NCBI GenBank assembly: GCA_963823555.1
Contig: CAWGMA010000004.1
Span: 288,001 to 352,000, forward strand
Source: Candidatus Eiseniibacteriota bacterium
GTDB taxonomy: Bacteria > Eisenbacteria > RBG-16-71-46 > CAVPCR01
DNA length: 64,000 nt
Reading direction: 5' to 3'
Shown in pieces: positions 61,761 to 64,000 of this stretch. Every line of letters begins with the position of its first letter. Position 1 is the first letter of the stretch. The translations under genes were made by a program, and so were the position numbers. Below the pieces are notes generated by a model that was given only the letters and a program-made list of their open reading frames with translations, was not told the DNA's origin and did no database searches.

Positions 61761-62810
61761 TCAGAAGACCTTGCCGATTTGAATGTTGAAGACGAATCCA
61801 TTGGTCCATCGTTGCTTCTGGTCGAGTTCATCCAGGCTGACCCGGGCATACCCGGCGCGAACGGCGCCGGTGAGCACCCAGACATCGGCGCGGGCCGTGG
61901 CCCCGATGGCCGGGCCATGAGCGAGAACGACGTACTCGGTCACGTTCCGGACGAACTCCGATCCGGCCACCCACCCGAGGAAGGGACCGACATGGCCAGC
62001 CGTGGGGATCCAGGGAGGGAACCAGGAGACGGTCACCTTGGTGGTGACGTCCGCCAGGTCGCCGAGGGAACTGTCGCCGGCGGGCTGCCAGCCCACGCCG
62101 AGATCGAGCCGCACCTCCGCCTTCTCGATCACGAGATCCACGGTCGGGGTCGCCAGTGTGAACCCCCCCGCGTCGAGCACGCCGTATCCGACCTCGAGGC
62201 CGAGGGCGAGCAGGGGGGGCTCGACCTTCTCCTCGATGATGTACGAGGGTGACAGGGCCGGGGGCGCGGTGACCGGGGACTCGGTGGGAGCGAAGGGGAT
62301 CACACGCTCGTCATAGCTCGCCACGTAGACGCGGAGCCCACGCTCGCTGGCGGCGAGTCGCGGCGGCAGTGTCGTCACCCGCTTCCTCTTCAGGTGGTCC
62401 AGCCCCCACAGATTGCGCGCCATCGCCACGTCGACATCGAGGCGGTGATTGTCCTTCCGGGGATGAGCGCGCCAGTGTGTCGTGTCGGCCGTGGCCTGCA
62501 CGAAGAGCCACTGATGGGGTTCCAGCTCGGACACGAGCGCTCGCAGGCGTTCAGCCTCGGCCGCTGGCAGATCATCCGAGCCGCCGAGCGAGAATCCGTC
62601 GAACCAGTGTTCATCGAGGGACACCCGGGCGAAGAGGTGGATCCCGTCGCTGTCGACTCGGGTGAGTTGTTCGGGAATCTCGTCGTCGGCAACCAGCGGG
62701 AGATCCGCCCTGGCGGACCCGGAAAGAAGGGCGATGGCGGCAGAGAGGAGAAGCAGACCGATGGCGGCCGGACGGTCCGGCTGCAGAAGTCGCGGGTGGA
62801 CGCAGATCAT
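61761..62810 (-). CDS. Exported protein with degenerate OmpA-like N domain and C-terminal beta-barrel
   Basis: Signal (ARA-D), Pro-rich linker, amphipathic strands, terminal GKVF. Confidence 0.55.
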   Translation of the reverse strand: MICVHPRLLQPDRPAAIGLLLLSAAIALLSGSARADLPLVADDEIPEQLTRVDSDGIHLFARVSLDEHWFDGFSLGGSDDLPAAEAERLRALVSELEPHQWLFVQATADTTHWRAHPRKDNHRLDVDVAMARNLWGLDHLKRKRVTTLPPRLAASERGLRVYVASYDERVIPFAPTESPVTAPPALSPSYIIEEKVEPPLLALGLEVGYGVLDAGGFTLATPTVDLVIEKAEVRLDLGVGWQPAGDSSLGDLADVTTKVTVSWFPPWIPTAGHVGPFLGWVAGSEFVRNVTEYVVLAHGPAIGATARADVWVLTGAVRAGYARVSLDELDQKQRWTNGFVFNIQIGKVF

Positions 62811-62949
62811 GGCGCCTTCCTGGGGCACGGAATGGGGGAGAGCCCTGGCGCGACGATGAGGAACCGGGCGAGATTCTATACCCGCTCCCGGACGGGCTGG
62901 CAAGGGGTCTGATAAACGGTTGGCGTCGCTCCTGTTGCGCTTCCGGGCC

Positions 62950-64000
62950 CTAGGCTGGCAGCCACTGGCGCCGCCAGGCCTGGAACATGAGGATGCCCCA
63001 CAGGATGCCATCCAGCTTGCGCTCGCCGCGCAGGTGGGCCTGCCAGGTCTGGCCGACGCCATGCGGCGCGAAATAACCCTCGGATCGGAGGTGTGCCGGA
63101 TCGAGCAAGTCCTCGGCCCAGTCGCGCAGGGGTCCCCGGATCCACTCGCCCACCGGAACCACGAACCCCATCTTGGGTCGCTCGGTCAGCTCTCGCGGCA
63201 CGTGACGGTGGAGCACTTCGCGCAGGATGTGCTTGCCGTTCCCGCCCCCGAGCTTGTACTCGAGGGGCAGGCTCCATGCGAACTCGATGACCCGGTGGTC
63301 GAGGAGCGGGACGCGGGCTTCGAGGCTGACCCCCATGCTTGCGCGATCCACCTTGACCAGGATGTCGTCGGGAAGATACGAGGAGAAGTCGCGAAACATC
63401 ATGCCTTGCACGGGCTGCGTCAGTCCCGGTTGCCGGGCGGGGTCGGTGAAGATGCTCGGCGGCTCGTGACCGCCCTGGACCAGATCAGCCACGTTTCTCC
63501 TCGGGCTGACGATATGCAGATGGGCCAGCTCCTCGCGTTCGATCTCCAGCAGTTCTCCGAGGACACGCACGCGATGAACCGGCAGGTCGCTGAGCCACCC
63601 CACCGCCCTGGTGCCTCCGGTCCGGACACGCCAGCGATCCGCCCCCTGGCCCGCCTGCTTGAGAAGAGGCGCCATGCCCTTCTTGAACCACCGCGGCAGG
63701 CGCTGCCTCAGCCGAAACACCTCTGCCGCGTACAGGTAGTGTGGGTAGCCGCAGAACAGCTCATCACCGCCATCGCCGGACAGGCTCACCGTGACATGCC
63801 GCCGAGCCAGCTTGGAGACGAGGTAAGTGGGAATCTGCGAGGAGTCGGCCAGGGGTTCGTCATAGAGCGCGGGTAGCAGGGGCACGACATCCAGCGCCTC
63901 CTCGGGCGTGACATACAGCTCGGTGTGATCGGTGCCCAGGTGCTGGGCGACGCGGTTGGCGTACTTCGCCTCGTTGAAGCGTTCTTCCTTGAAACCGATC
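62950..64000 (-). CDS. asnB: Asparagine synthase (glutamine-hydrolysing) family amidotransferase, C-terminal part
   Basis: DEP.ADSS, LSGDGGDELF.GY, YLPDDIL.KVDRASM..SLEARVP.LD, R.K.GF. Continues past the window edge. Confidence 0.9.
   Translation of the reverse strand, partial: IGFKEERFNEAKYANRVAQHLGTDHTELYVTPEEALDVVPLLPALYDEPLADSSQIPTYLVSKLARRHVTVSLSGDGGDELFCGYPHYLYAAEVFRLRQRLPRWFKKGMAPLLKQAGQGADRWRVRTGGTRAVGWLSDLPVHRVRVLGELLEIEREELAHLHIVSPRRNVADLVQGGHEPPSIFTDPARQPGLTQPVQGMMFRDFSSYLPDDILVKVDRASMGVSLEARVPLLDHRVIEFAWSLPLEYKLGGGNGKHILREVLHRHVPRELTERPKMGFVVPVGEWIRGPLRDWAEDLLDPAHLRSEGYFAPHGVGQTWQAHLRGERKLDGILWGILMFQAWRRQWLPA

Overview
High-GC bacterial window with no mobile elements, RNA genes or CRISPR arrays visible. 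Two secreted proteins end in FlgD-Ig/T9SS-type C-terminal domains, which suggests an FCB-group lineage such as Eisenbacteria, Krumholzibacteriota or Latescibacterota (inference). The first 14 kb is a divergent respiratory island of multiheme cytochromes with about 64 heme-binding motifs by manual count. The leftward operon encodes a beta-barrel porin, 14-heme, monoheme and tetraheme cytochromes, and ResB/CcsA. The rightward operon encodes a 9-heme lipoprotein, an ImcH-like protein and two CbcL-like c/b fusions with 11 and about 19 hemes. A sigma54-like promoter, an IHF site and repeated palindromes lie between them. This looks like a complete extracellular electron transfer (EET) conduit. Further along are acr3/arsC, a P-type ATPase, an Rrf2 regulator and a divergent transketolase. 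Next comes an ergothioneine-type cluster (OvoA-like sulfoxide synthase, egtD, cysE, cysK) divergent from an OpuC/EgtU-like ABC transporter. After it are a membrane ferredoxin/HMA/B12 radical SAM operon and a non-pyrrolysine MttB with split methionine-synthase modules. The rest is a fused HcrA/C-like molybdoenzyme with beta-oxidation genes, a 6x PKD-repeat protein and housekeeping genes. Several genes carry single-base indels, mostly in short homopolymers, which are most likely long-read assembly errors.
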